Positions 1-13,199 of a stretch of 64,000 nt of DNA are shown piece by piece. The stretch is from Pseudovirgaria hyperparasitica (taxonomy: Eukaryota). The position numbers and the translations under genes are program-made. Within the stretch, counting starts at the first letter, position 1; every line of letters starts with the position of its first letter. The stretch is taken from NCBI GenBank assembly GCA_010093815.1, contig ML996567.1; one strand, given 5' to 3'. Under the pieces are notes generated by a model. That model ran no database searches. It was given only the letters and a program-made list of their open reading frames with translations, and had not been told where the DNA came from.

Positions 1-1506
1 ACTGACAGAAAGGCTACAAAGGTTCATAGCCAAGGGACCTCATCATCCAGCACCGGCAGTGCCAAGGCACATCATACGAAGGACTACACTGTCGATGCAT
101 TTTCGGATCGTATATCTACATGTCTGATCAAGGGCCGACAGTTTGATGTCAAAACCACCTACGTACACGAGCCGACCCAAGATTTTGTCGAGGAGGCTCT
201 CAAGACTATCTTCAGGATCCATTGCAAAGAGCCACTACCCGGGGACATACTCGTCTTTTTGACCGGACAAGAAACAGTAGAATCTCTCCAGCGTCTCGTC
301 AATGAATACGCTGGTGGTCTTGATGAAAAGACTCCTAAGATTCTCACATTGCCTCTTTTCGCTGCACTCCCCCAAATAGCTCAGCAGCGGGTTTTTGACA
401 AGGCGCCTCATTTCACTCGTAAAGTCATTCTCGCTACCAACATTGCCGAAACCTCAATTACCGTTCCTGGGATACGATATGTCATAGACTGCGGTAAGGT
501 AAAGATGAAACACTTTCGCAACAACCTAGGACTTGAATCCTTGCTTGTCAAGCCTATATCGATGTCTTCTGCGATTCAACGCCAAGGTCGCGCAGGTCGT
601 GAGGCACCTGGACAATGTTTCCGCTTATACACGGAGAGAAGCTTTCAAGAACTACAAAAAGTAACTACCCCAGAGATCTTGCGATGCGACCTGAGTCAGG
701 CACTGCTGACCATCATGGCCCGCGGAGTTCCTGTGCAAGACATCATAACGTTCCCCTTTCTTGACCGACCGAGCGACGAATCACTCAAGCAAGCTTTAAC
801 CCAGCTTCTCCAACTTGGCGCTCTTAATGAGTCCGCACATTTTAGTCACACAGGCAAACAGCTCGCCCGTCTTCCTCTCTCTCCAACGCTCGGACGGGTT
901 ATCCTCGAAGCTGCGAAGCCTGAACGTGATTGCCTGTCTGAAATCATCGATATTATCGCATGTCTCAGTGTCGAAAACATATTCCTCAATATTCATACCG
1001 AGGAGAAGAAGGAAGCCGCCGAAGAGGCCCGCCGCTCCCTATTCCGCCGCGAGGGAGACCATCTAACTCTTCTTGCCACTATCCGCGCATACAGTGAAGA
1101 ACAATCTGATCGCCGTGCATGGTCTGATCGTCACTTTGTAAGCCATCGAGCTATGCAGAATGTTATAGACATTCGGAAACAGCTACGGGCCCAGTGTGTG
1201 CAGATGAAATTGCTTGATCGTAATGCTACAGAAGGCTCCAGGATGGATGAAGACACCAAGGCGGCGATGTTACAATGTCTGCTGAGAGGTTTCGCTACGA
1301 ACACCGCCAGGCTTATGCCGGATGGGTCGTACAAGACGATGGTTGGCAATCAGGTCGTAGCCATACATCCTACTAGCGTGCTGTTTGGTCGCAAGGTCGA
1401 GGCTATCGTGTTCTCAGAATTTGTCTTCACGAATCGCAGTTATGCAAGAGGGGTGAGTGCGGTGCAGCTTTCCTGGGTTGGTGACGTTCTAGCTGGCGCT
1501 ACATGA
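1..1506 (+). CDS. DHR2: DEAH-box RNA helicase, DHR2/DHX33-like (5'-partial)
   Basis: Frame open from base 1. Motifs GDILVFLTGQE, ATNIAETSITVPG, QRQGRAGR, then HA2 (LARLPLSP) and OB-fold (IHPTSVLF) regions. Confidence 0.8.
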   Translation, partial: TDRKATKVHSQGTSSSSTGSAKAHHTKDYTVDAFSDRISTCLIKGRQFDVKTTYVHEPTQDFVEEALKTIFRIHCKEPLPGDILVFLTGQETVESLQRLVNEYAGGLDEKTPKILTLPLFAALPQIAQQRVFDKAPHFTRKVILATNIAETSITVPGIRYVIDCGKVKMKHFRNNLGLESLLVKPISMSSAIQRQGRAGREAPGQCFRLYTERSFQELQKVTTPEILRCDLSQALLTIMARGVPVQDIITFPFLDRPSDESLKQALTQLLQLGALNESAHFSHTGKQLARLPLSPTLGRVILEAAKPERDCLSEIIDIIACLSVENIFLNIHTEEKKEAAEEARRSLFRREGDHLTLLATIRAYSEEQSDRRAWSDRHFVSHRAMQNVIDIRKQLRAQCVQMKLLDRNATEGSRMDEDTKAAMLQCLLRGFATNTARLMPDGSYKTMVGNQVVAIHPTSVLFGRKVEAIVFSEFVFTNRSYARGVSAVQLSWVGDVLAGAT

Positions 1507-1618
1507 GACGATGCATCTTAATGCACATAATCTTCCTACGCTAGTATGAATAACCTACATACTGGAGCAGAACAGATGGCCTGGCACGAATAGAAGAAGC
1601 ATGCTGACTATATCTTAC

Positions 1619-2653
1619 CTACTTGATCTCCACGACGACCTTACCTCTCACATTCCCCCTCGCCACCTTCTCTAACGCCTTCTTCATATCACTAAACGCA
1701 AATACACTGTCGACAGTGACTTCCTCCGGCCTCAACTCTACGGCCTCAGCCAACCACGTTACATTCTTCTCAAAGATGATACAGTCGTACCTGCCCAGCA
1801 CCCCGAGCCATCCCAATACCCAACGCACCAGCATACGTGGATGTGTTAAGTACAACATGCTTCCCCCAATCAACGTCCGATCCGTCTTGTCGCCCACTAT
1901 CGTCACGTATCTCCTTGTGATCCCAATGCAATCTGACCCACCTACGCAGTCGATGACTGCATCTGGTGCAAAAGCTCGCACGCCATCTGGCACCGAATCT
2001 TTCGTATAATCAATGACTTCACCCGCGCCTAAACCCTTTACAAACTCGACATTCTTCCCGGAGCACGTGGATAACACGTCCCATCCTCGCTGGCGCGCGA
2101 GCCGGATCGCATACATGCCACAACTCGTACTCCCGCCTAGCACCGCCACTCTGCCTAGACTAGCACCTCCAACCCGCATATACTCCTCGACCAAAGCGAT
2201 CGTCGTCCGTGCCGTCATGAACACCACAGGCAGGCTCGCGGCCTGTACGAAACTCAGTTGCGGTGGCTTTTTGGCGATCATCAGGTGCGCACTCCCAGTG
2301 TCCAGCACTACAACCTCCGCCGCACAACCGGGGCCCCGCGGCGCCATGCTCACGCCAAACACCTCATCTCCCGCAGTGTATTGTGCCTCAGAGCCCGCGC
2401 GCAGCACGGTGCCGGCGAAGTCGCAGCCGATGGTCTTGGGCTGGTGGAGAGCGGGGAGCGGTAGCGACCAGATAGCCAAGTTCATAAGTTGGATATCTAC
2501 GGGATTGAGGGCGATGGCGTGCATCTGTACAAGTATCTCAGTCGGGCAAAACGAGGCTTTGGGCGTCTGGTCAGTCTGCTGCAGGCATTGCGGATAGCCG
2601 GAGTGCGTGTATGTCCATGCCTTTATCGTCACAGGTAGATCAGATGATGCCAT
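1619..2653 (-). CDS. MDR-superfamily NAD(P)H quinone/enoyl reductase-like protein (YIM1/AST1-like)
   Basis: ALNPVD, GCDFAGTV, GDEVFG, LGGSTSCG dinucleotide loop, GKVVV C-terminus. Likely ATG at 2653 (MASSDLP). Confidence 0.85.
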   Translation of the reverse strand: MASSDLPVTIKAWTYTHSGYPQCLQQTDQTPKASFCPTEILVQMHAIALNPVDIQLMNLAIWSLPLPALHQPKTIGCDFAGTVLRAGSEAQYTAGDEVFGVSMAPRGPGCAAEVVVLDTGSAHLMIAKKPPQLSFVQAASLPVVFMTARTTIALVEEYMRVGGASLGRVAVLGGSTSCGMYAIRLARQRGWDVLSTCSGKNVEFVKGLGAGEVIDYTKDSVPDGVRAFAPDAVIDCVGGSDCIGITRRYVTIVGDKTDRTLIGGSMLYLTHPRMLVRWVLGWLGVLGRYDCIIFEKNVTWLAEAVELRPEEVTVDSVFAFSDMKKALEKVARGNVRGKVVVEIK

Positions 2654-3706
2654 TATATTGTGGTGTTGCGATGCAATTGTTGTCGCTGGGTATTCGTAGA
2701 GCTGATACCAAGATGTACCACGGAGATCCCCAGTCTGCTCTGTTCTGTCAAAACACACTGATGTAAATCTACGCCCATGTGTGGAAAGAAGTCTCGCATC
2801 CCACCTCATTATGCAACTACTAACACTCTTCCCTCTGATTTGCGCCCGACGTCATACCCTCTCCTCCTGCGCGCCGCGCCCATACCCCAACCTAACTACC
2901 TACCTAGGTAACCTCGGGCATGTCAGCAAAGCCTTAGCATGGATGCAGTTCCAATTACCTTTCAAACGCCAAGCCACAAGCGGGCCGAACCTTGACACAT
3001 CACAGCGGAGCACTACGGTCGTTATTCATGCATGCATACAAACATAATCCGGACGTTGGGATATGTGCGTGTCTCCAAACCGCCCGTTCTTGAACGCCGG
3101 AATACAGATGGGGCACTGGGCATGATGCAATGGATATGCATGGCTAAGCTGTATGCATAAGGCGCTTTGCATGCAGGCAGCTGCGAGATGCGACTGGTGA
3201 CTTGGAGTGGTTGAGCATATGCTCAGGGGAGAGAGGTGATGGCTGGCAGATCTCGTTTTAGTGATACCTGCGTGGGAGGTTTGATTGACGGCCCAGTTAT
3301 GTGAGTGGTGACGCGCTATCTCTTATCTGGCGAGCCGAACGTAGTTTTGAGCTGGATTGTCGTGAGAGGCATGCATGTAAGGTGACAGGACTATATTTCG
3401 GAGTTAAGGTTTCGAGAAGCGTCTAAAACCGAGGCGAAACACATTAGCCGACATGCAATAATTCACGAGTGCTTCAGAAGTTTTCAGACTAGCAGTCTTC
3501 CATTCCACCTCGAACACTATCGGGTTGCGATAGAATATATTATACTTCATGTTTTATTCGCTGTGCAACAGACTGTTTTGAGGTATAAACTGCGCGTCCT
3601 AGGACGCGTAGTCCTAACAATTCGTGGGGATATCACTGACAGACTATATCTGCAAAATCCGACGCTGAAAGCTGTGCAAGGTCCTGGTATGGACGAGTGA
3701 AGTCGT

Positions 3707-4573
3707 CTACGATCTGGTATCTTCGTTACCAACCATGGTATGGCCCTGTCCGACGTCTTCGTTCCTGGTGATGCGGTCGCGCATAATGCTCTTTGCAGCC
3801 TCCACACTCGAAAGTCCTCCTCGGTCCTCAGTATTCGAGTCTTGCATCTCTGCATCGATGGCTTGGTTCGTCTGCGTAGACACCCCACTGCTGATACTTA
3901 CACCAGTCATCGGGCTCGGCGGCGCTTGCTCGCCACGGAGATATTGCGGGACAGCGCTTGCTTTGCCAACGACCGGGCTTCCGATATGACTCTGTTGCCG
4001 TGCTGGTGTACGCGCTCCCTCGCCAAAACCAACTAGACTCGCAGCCTCATCACTGAAGCCTCCTGTGCTGGAAGTTTCCATGTCCTGATCCTCGCTCATC
4101 TTGTCGCCATCGATGGAACCGCTAGCCCATGTCGTACGACCACCAACGCTGCCGGTGGCCGAAGCACTGCCGACAGTGCTCCTTTCACGGAATATTTGGG
4201 GTTGCGCATTCTGATCAAAGTATGCCGGGGTCGAGGACAGGCCTTGGCCTTGAGCAATGATGTTGGCTTGCCTGGTTGTTGCGACGCGCTCCAGGCCGGC
4301 CAGGCGCGAAATGCGGTCAGCGCGCTCGGCATCCTGAGGGTTCTGGTGGTGAGGAAAGTGACCACGGTGGCCATCTTTGATAGCTACGGTGGAAAGCTCC
4401 GACATGGATGTCGTGGTAGAGTTTGGCGTGCCCCTGAGGGAAAGAGGAGTTAGTCTATGCTATTGTTGTGCCAACTTAGGGACTTTTATTAGGATGGCTT
4501 ACGGAGCGTCGGAAGGAGTGACCGGGTCAGAAGGAGGAGGAGGAAGATTGATGAGGGTAGGTGCTTGCGACAT
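3707..4573 (-). CDS. Fungal hypothetical low-complexity protein, 2 exons
   Basis: Exon 1 MSQAPTLINLPPPPSDPVTPSDAP (4573-4503), intron GTAAGC..CTAAC..CAG (4502-4434), exon 2 runs in frame into ORF 3707..4405. Confidence 0.75.
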
Positions 4574-5226
4574 TGTAGGATATTGTATCGAGGGGTCGAG
4601 GACGTTGTTCAAAGATCGCAGGCCTGCGCTGACACACAGGAGGGCGGTGGTCTCAGCGAAGGTGGCTTCGATATGATGTCCAGGTATGAGCGATTTATCG
4701 TCGCTTGCCGCGTCGATATAGTATAGCTCAAGTAGATGTAAAGAAGTGCGTTATGTGTGTGTGTGCGTGTGGGTAGAGACAATGCAGGAGAAGGCAGACG
4801 TTGAACCGTGAAAGTATGTGCCCGCCGTTCCAGGTCCCTGCTAGGTACGTCATATGGCTGGGCCAATCACAGCCCTGTCTTGGCAGGGTCCTTGGGCTCT
4901 CCAGATAGCCATATAGACTTTCCAATCCCTCTTGCACAATTCAACAACATTCACTGTTCTCTCCACGAACCGCACACTTCTGCTTCAGACTGATCTGGGC
5001 ATACCGTCTCATACCCGGATGATCATGAGGAGCACACTTTTACTTTATGGCCCGGCTCACTACCTTGGTCGAACAAGCAGATCTCTTCAGGCATAACCCA
5101 CCACGGGCTATAGCGATATAGGTGGCACGAGGAGAGACATTCTCATCGCCTACATTTAATATTTAAAAGACAATACATACTGCTAGGCTTGGATGATCGC
5201 TGTATGGAAATGATCGCAGTCGACAA

Positions 5227-7053
5227 TCACAGTTCGCTGTGCTTTGTGCTTTTCCAGCTATCGAAGTCGCTTAACCATCTCTTCACCGTCCGGATCTCCC
5301 ATCGGTGGGCCTCTCGTATGAATTGTGGCTCGGCGCCTACGTCTTTGATGCCGGAGCTATCCCAGTGATGACCCGCCCCGGTGATGAGATACTCAGGCCG
5401 CAAGTCGCTCGAGTACCGTTTTGGGGCGTTGTTACTGTGATAGCACAAGTCCAACCAAACATCTTGATCGCCATCAATGTGTGCCAGTCGATCAGCTTCC
5501 ACATCATACCCACCGTACTTGTTGTACTTGGCTAAATCAGGGGTTTTCGGGATTCTGTTGTACTGGCCTGGCTCGAAAGACCACTCACACCACTGCTGGG
5601 TGTAGGACGGCTGGAGGACACGAGAGATGAGGCTTTTGCCGTGCGTTGGTGCAGCGATGAAAGCTCCCTGTTCTGTGCAGGCTGTCCCTTTGTCAGGCTT
5701 GGTGCTTCACCAGGCATGCAAGAACTTACAAGTGTATAGATACGATCGGTCACCAGAGTTCGCAATCTCAGCCCACGCAGTTGAGTTCTGCGTGCCGAAG
5801 CATTTCTGGTTGTTCAAATCTCCGTCCTCGCATAACGGAACAATCACATTCTTCACGTATTCAGCATAGTTCCCCAGACCTTTCCAATCTTCGCCTCCTG
5901 TATAGGCAGCAAGGACGCTGTCGACAGCAGTCACATCTTCTGGTGTATCAAGATCGGTGACATTACCGCAGAACTGAAAAAAGTCATCGGAAGTGTAGTC
6001 CGTATACCAGTTCAACTCTTGCCAAGTATTTGTCGGGTAGAACATCGGCCCTCCAAGCGGGAATGCGATAGTCATCGCAAAGTCTCTACTATCTTTCAGA
6101 GCTTCCAGACCGAAAGTCTGTTTAAGTTGCGTGATAGCCGCTGTGTTGTTTGAGAACAGCACGTGATCAATGTTGTCCACTAACTTATTGATCCTGGCAA
6201 TACAGTCTTGTGGACCATACTTTTGAATTGGATCATACCATTGCGCGTAGCCCAGAACTGCGTTAGTTGTGGCGCTGCTTGCAATGCCGCCATACAAGAT
6301 ATCACCATATGTTTGTACGGAGAAGGCTGTTTGGGCGCCAGCAAGACTGCCGCCGTACAAAATCCATGGAGTCGACGGTGCTGTCACGGTCGCATTTACT
6401 CCTGGGAACGTTGCGTGTCTGGCGAAGTTGACATTGTCAGCGATGGCTGTAAGGGCTGTTCAGCATGTCACTTGTAAACCATATAGGCGAACCAACTTTG
6501 CTCCGTTGTCAAGTACGCCAATTCATCCACGGTACTTGTTTCAAATGGGTAGCTTCCGCCATTCGATCCGCCGTAGTATCGATTCTCGAGAATGACTCCC
6601 AAGCCGTCAAATTGCTGCATGAGGACTTGAATGACTGTAAGTCATCAGTACGCTTCTTCAGTTTGTTTCGGTGCTTTTCTAACTTCCAGTCTGCAGATTT
6701 GAGAGTCGACTTTCACCGCTTGTTTCTCCTCCAATGTACAAGAAGACTGGGCCACCAGGCTTGTAGTACGACGAGTCGAAAAAGTATCGTTGTTGAAAAG
6801 TACCATTTGCATGCGGCTCATACCTCTTGCTATTAGGGAAGTGATCGATCTATTTATATCAGCTCCGTTAAGGCGAACAAACGAATTACAGTACCGTTTG
6901 ATCGAATGTGTATGCTTTGTATACTGCTGGGAAATTTTGTCTAGCAGCCACTTGAGGAGCTACATAACGAATTGGTTCAGCCGCGCCGCTCACAAGACTC
7001 GCAAGACCCATTCCTGCCGTCAACATAGTGGCCAGTTGTGGGACTTGCATCAT
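5227..7053 (-). CDS. Secretory serine carboxypeptidase, peptidase family S28 (multi-exon)
   Basis: Signal-like N-terminus, IDHF...TFQQRYFF, PGGPVFLYIGGE, LENRYYG, WILYGGSLAG nucleophile motif, AGHHWD; canonical introns join the ORF pieces. Confidence 0.9.
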
Positions 7054-9087
7054 GTATGGGGCTCTTCGACCACTATACTACGTTTGCAACACCACTGGAT
7101 TGGAGAGTGTTGATGAGAATTCAGCAGTATACCCCTCGGATTGCGAGGCTCGAGCCACGAATAAAAAACCACTGGATCAGGCCATTGATAGTGCTACAGC
7201 CCCACGGGTACATCCATCCATCTAGGCCAGTATGACGTATCTCGTAGGCGTATGTTATCGAACTTCCTGTTCTGGACTAGCGGGAAGATAAGAAAGAGGG
7301 GTCCGGACTTCATCACAACTAAGAGCATACCTGGAAGAGAAATATGAATAAACTAAAGGAAATCAACAGTACATGTTTCATCAATGGCCTTCGATATTTG
7401 CCCAGGACGCCGAGCACGCCAAGTTACTGCTTGTAGCCCTGAAAGCTTGCCCAGCAGCTCTAGAGCTGGAGCGTTGCCTGGATAGCTTATCTTGTGGGAC
7501 GCTTGCCTGCCGAACTTCACTCTGTCGACGAGCTATTTATTGTACATTGTCTTTGATTGCACTGATTCTCGAACTTCTGTGTTAAGCTAGACGAAGCAAC
7601 ATAGAGTGTCGCTGAAATAAAGAAGGCACTAGAAGCTGAAATAGTCGACATATCACATGCTACTACCTGATCTATGATGAGATCCTATGCAAGAAGATGG
7701 TCAGCCTGCGCGGTATCTTTTAAACAGTAGGACAATCTTGAAATAGTCCTCCCAGGACATTCCCTTTTAGCATGGAGTGCAAAAAAGACTTCGTCAATGC
7801 ATTTGATGCCTCAGGCTCAAGTCCAATTAGATACAAATTCATTATGTTTTGCTAGATTTAGACACGTTAGTTAAGTTGGATAGATCGATATTGAATATGA
7901 CCAAAGTGGTTGTGCCTGCAGTGTCTTTGTATATGTTGTTCAGTGGACGTGACCTAGCTTCCACGTCAGTGTCCTTTCATTGGAAAATTTTATCCTAATT
8001 CTTTGGTCGCAGGCTGCCCTCAGCTTATCCCACGTGTTACTATATAGTGTTCTGCATAATATCAGACGCTGCGAACTAGCCGATATGACTGCTTCAATTC
8101 CACGACTATCATGCGACTAGTCTCAACCTGCTCCGCTTATAACGCGTCTCCGCTTTAGATGGGTCCGAGATATAACGACAAGGCAGTTGAAATACCTATG
8201 GTCTGAACAGTTTACACGCTCTGTTGTTGCCTTACCTGAGAACGATGCCTTGCGTGGGGGCTGCACTCGTCTCACCACCTTACATGGGTCGATTGGTTCA
8301 TGTGTATCCATGGCGGGCAGTAATCAGCCTTTGCAAGGTAAAAGAAGAGGGACGTGTTTATTGGCCCCTATATTTAATATAAGACGACAAAAATAGAGCA
8401 CCAATCCCGCTGTCTTCTCAAACAAGGAACTAACTCTGGGCGAGGTGAGACTTAGCTCAGGGGAAGCCTTGCAGCTGCTAGAGGCAGACATATCTCTTGG
8501 ATAGCGATATGTTAGAGTACGATACTCAGATCAGAGCTTTTCTACTCGCAACTTGGAGCGTAGCATCGATTGCTATACAGATTTTTATTAGCATGAGCCT
8601 AGAGACTTACTTATTGGATAGTCTAGACCAAGACCTATAAGGCTATATCTTCAGTAAAGTTACGGGTTTGGGAGTCCGTTTCAGCTTTGGAAACATAGCC
8701 TGGTCTCTACCACTCATTTTCACTTACGAAGATAAGATTCTCCAATTGAAGTATGCAATGTGGAGCTGCATCATGTCCTTGCTCAAATAACCCTGTTACC
8801 ACTGAGGGTCTATTTCAGGGTATGAACATGTGTGGGGGCCTATTACAGTTGTCTTCAGTAGCATGTATTGTCACATCTGTAATCATGTTACTCTAACATA
8901 ACACAACAGATAGGGGCGACTTGGACTAAGTTTGTACTATTTGTGGAACATGGAAGAATGATAAAAGGTGTTCACAGCCTGCTTCTCCTGAATATCTAGG
9001 CACCTACTAAGCTTTTAGCCTTTTCCTACAAAGCGCTTCGCCCTCACAGGCCATCAACTGACTACAATTGCGTCCGAAAAGACTACA

Positions 9088-10658
9088 ATGCAACCATCAG
9101 CGATAGAGGGACCTAGTACAGCATCAAATAGTATCAATGGATCCCAGTCTTCGACATGGGGAGTCTCTGAGAAGCCCAAGTTGTACCATAATACTAGTAG
9201 CTTCAACATGCTTCACAAGAAGACAGAGGGTGGATATGTAAATGGACCGTTGGATACTCAGAAACATTCTAAATGGCCGTTATTTCTTCGCCTGCGAGGA
9301 AGTGTTTTGCCCAAAATGATCTTGCCTCTACTCTTTGTTGGAGTTTGGGCCGCTGCCGTTACCTGTATCTGTTTCTACCGAGTCGACAGTAAGTTGCGTT
9401 CCTTTTGAAAGGCCCGCGAAGAAACTGACAATGGTATTAGTCTCCTGCGATAGCCTTCTTTTGACAGTACTCGGATTTGTTGTTGGTCTAGGACTATCCT
9501 TTCGTAGCTCCTCGGCGTACGAGCGGTACACCGAAGGCCGCAGATGTTGGTCTGACCTTCGACTGGCTTCGCAAAACATGTCTCGGCTCATCTGGCTACA
9601 TGTCGGGGAAGATGCGGAAAACATTGAGAATGGAAAGAAACATCTATTGGAGAAACTGTAACGTGGCTAATATGAGTTTGAAGTAAAGCACAAGAATACT
9701 GACATAGTCTAGGACTGCACTTAATCTCATCATCTCTTTCGCAGTCGCACTAAAACATAAGCTCCGCTATGAGCCTGGTATCAACTCCGACGAAGAATAT
9801 GCCGGCCTCTTCCAGTGGATGGATACTTTCATAGGGCCACCAAAGGACTTATCCACAACCGCGAAGAAGCCGACTTGGAAGCATTATGGAGAACTCATCG
9901 GCCTACCGTTTGCTATCGACAATCCCCGCAAGCTGATCAAACAAATGGAAAGCCAACAGTCGATCGGCAACTTACCTCTCGAGATCCTCACGTATCTCTC
10001 TACCTTCGTAGATCATGTAATGTCCAAGAGTGAGGGGCGACTTGCGGCTGTGTATCAAGCACCCTTGGTCAGTGGCATTATGACGATGAATGAGTGCTTG
10101 GTCTCAGCAGAGCGCGTCCTGGATACTCCGTTGCCCACCGCCTACAATATCGCCATCTCACAGATCACATGGGTGTACATACTCGTACTCCCCATCCAAA
10201 TGTGGGGTCCGCTCGGCTGGATCACGATTCCTGGCACAATCTGTGAGTTGACAGTATGCTTCAGCTGCTAGACAATACTAACCAGTCTAGTCGCCGCATA
10301 CATAATCCTCGGCCTTGCAGCCATCGGTCGCGAAATCGAGAATCCATTTGGCTCCGACGCAAATGACCTCGACCTCGATGGCTTCTGCTTCACCATTGCC
10401 AAGGATATTGAGATGATGACGGCGGCGCCTGCACCAGACGTTCAGCAGTTCACAACAGACCCAAAGAACCTAGTCCTGTTCCCACAAACATATTCTGTAA
10501 AATACATCATGGATACCTATGGGAAAGCCGATATCAGAAATGCGCTGCGCGATAAAGCCGGTGCGTCTCTTGCACGAAAGCGAAGTTCGCAATTTTGCAG
10601 GCAGGATGGCTCGGAGGTACCTACTCATAATACTGCATTCGGGTTTTCGCAGGTCTGA
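9088..10658 (+). CDS. Bestrophin-like (UPF0187/YneE) membrane protein, multi-exon
   Basis: LRLRGSVLP, LGFVVGLGLSFRSSSAYERYTEGRRCW, ERVLDTPLP.AY, IGREIENPFG.D.NDL.LD; introns near 9389, 9658 and 10243. Confidence 0.9.
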
Positions 10659-11056
10659 GTGAATCAAGAGAGTTCAGCATGTGTGGGAGGTACTGTTCAA
10701 TATTAAGTTAACTTTAGGGAGCTGAGATAAAACTAATGTGCTGGGGTGATTATATGATAAGGGGCCAAATAATGGAACGGATATTGTTTGCCGGGTGAAG
10801 GTATGGTGAAAGGTGAACAAACACGTCAAATCAATGGAAGACTGGTTGTTGGAAGGGGGAGAACGATGTTCAAAGACACAGTGAACATAATATGAGTCTC
10901 CCCAGTATCTCATAGGTGCCAATTCATGTGAGCCAGTAAGCGCATTTGGAAGACGACGTCATGCTATATATATGTACAAATGCTATTCCTGTTCACATGC
11001 GTTACGTTCCATATCACCAAGGTTGAGTCAGCTCCCACGTACTAAAGACTATGGTT

Positions 11057-12246
11057 TCAAGGCGTGATCGGAGGAGCAGTCAGATCCGTCACCGGAATCC
11101 TACTCGAAGTTAGCCGATCAACCCAACATCACAGCTCGGCCAAACTTACCCAATTAAGGAACTCGTATATTTCGGCACACATGTAAATGGCACCGTGATA
11201 ACAGTCGCACCCTCTCCATCCAAAATATCCACCGCTCCTGACGCATCTCCCGCATCCAAGAACAGTTCACTCCCCGACATTCCCGGTACCAACGGCCCAA
11301 TAGAAAAAGTCTCATCTTTCGGAACAGCAATCCCAATTTCTTGCCCATCAACAAACTCGAATTCGACAACCTGCGGCGTTGGCAGCGCGTTGTACGCGCC
11401 CGGGCTCCCATTCTTCACTGCAATGGTAAAGTTATCTGCTGTTACACGCCCGGTCTTTGCTTCGGGAATGATAGCCTTGACCTGCGCCGTGAGTGCTGCC
11501 GGTACGCGTAGGTAGGCATACACGTCGTCAACACTGAAAGTCTTGCCCGGGTTGAGATATGTAGGCACGGTGCCGGAAATTGTTAGATCAATCTCCTGCT
11601 GTATGACGCCGCTGAAGTCGCAGTCGTATGGGATGGCTTGAGGTGGGCATTTAACGTCGAGTGGGAATTTGGTTGGGCCTGAATGTGTTAGGGGTTATAA
11701 CGTAAGGATTGTTTCCATATAAGTACCGAACGGGATCATAATTTCAATGTCAACCTCGCCAAGATGAATAGCATGCGTGGTTCCAGCGGCACCCATCGTG
11801 ATCGGCCCAAGCGGCTGAAGGGTGCCGTTTGTCGGAACCCGCACTGTCACAGGAGATCCTGGGGTAAACTTGATGTCGTTGATCTGGAGGCCATTTGGAA
11901 AGATATTGAACGTTGCAGGAGACGCATTCTCAAGGTCCAAAGCTACTTTAACATTTGCGTCTACGGATCTGGCGCCGATGAGGCCCCCAAGAGTGGTTAT
12001 AGATGATGGTATAGTAACTTCGGCGACGAGATCCGTGTAGTATATCTCTTGTCCTGCGTTTGCCTGAATGGCAGCAGTGGCGGTAAAGAATCCGGCAAAT
12101 GTATAGTTACCAAGAATCGGAACCTGGCAGGTAATGCCAAAGTCCAAGGCTCCGATCTGTGCTGCTACTGGGACAATCGGGGCCTCATTGACTGCAATAG
12201 CAACGCCGAGTAAGCAAGAAGCGACTGAAGTCTTGAAGAATGACAT
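11057..12246 (-). CDS. Secreted hypothetical protein (363 aa) with two tandem beta-rich repeats
   Basis: Exons 12246-11727, 11678-11150, 11099-11057 with 48- and 50-nt GT-AG introns; signal peptide MSFFKTSVASCLLGVAIA; internal repeat with a Cys near each end of each unit. Confidence 0.8.
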
Positions 12247-13132
12247 TGTAGGGCCAGCTGTGGTACTATATCGCGAGCGATTGATATTGCATGTTCCTAA
12301 TGATTGGTAAACCTATTGTGATATAAAGAGGGCATGGTGATCACAGGGCAAAAGCATGGCCTCGGATCAAATAGTCTCCGTAAATCAGGATTGTTATTCC
12401 GAACAGTTTTGTTTGCAAGCCGGCGCAAAAAGCCATGTCTTGTAGTGTTGCTTGACCGATACATTTCAGCGTCACCGCAACATTGTTTAATTAGGTGTAT
12501 CTTGTCGGCCATGTGCTAAAATTGAGCAGAGGGCAGGTCAGGTGCTTCGTAAATCATATGCAGCCAGTGGTTTACAGAATCAGAATGTTGCAAAATAGCT
12601 TATCACAAGCTAAATGTTTAGTTTCATCATACCCCAGTGCAGATCCCTATTTCGATTGTCGTTTCCCCAGACGCCACGACCACCATGTGATAAAGCGGGG
12701 ATGAACCTTACTAGTAAACCTGGTCTCACACTACATGACTCTCAACCAATCAACGTTCATCTTAGTATCTCTAAACTTAAAGCCTATGTATGATCACGTT
12801 AACATCTGGTCTACCTCCTTTGCCGCTATCAGGGGTCCTACATTGAAGGCATGTGGTCACATAAAAGATTTCACCGAGCCGTTGCGCGATCAACGGCACA
12901 GTTATCTTCCGTATCTCAACATTTACGGCTCTCATCTAACCTAACTCAGACTGCCAACAGCATCTTGTAACTCGCTGCTTCGGTGGTCCATGCTTCTTAT
13001 GAGAACGTTTGGGACGCACATGCACTGCCAAGATGAACGAGGTGGTCTCTGTCTACTACTCAGGGTTTCATGTCAAGCCGAGGTTTGGTAGCATTGTAGC
13101 ATATGAAGACAAAGGATTTGCGAGTACCCAAA

Positions 13133-13145
13133 GGATATATAAAGA
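13133..13145 (+). promoter_or_regulatory. TATA box of the small secreted protein gene
   Basis: GGATATATAAAGA about 60 nt upstream of ATG 13200. Confidence 0.55.
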
Positions 13146-13199
13146 ATCACGTACTTAAAATACCCAGAAGTCAAAAGAAATAGTCCAAAAGTTATCAAA

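Noticed and set aside
1623..2597. Long + strand ORFs (128 and 194 aa) and similar antisense ORFs over the peroxidase, RTA1, GH5 and HIR3 genes
   Set aside because: Shadow frames opposite well-supported genes, with no recognisable motifs.
4754..4771. Short (TG)n microsatellite
   Set aside because: Short, imperfect and common in fungal UTRs.
7200..9000. Possible gene remnant in a long intergenic region
   Set aside because: Only short ORFs with no recognisable motifs or coherent splice model.
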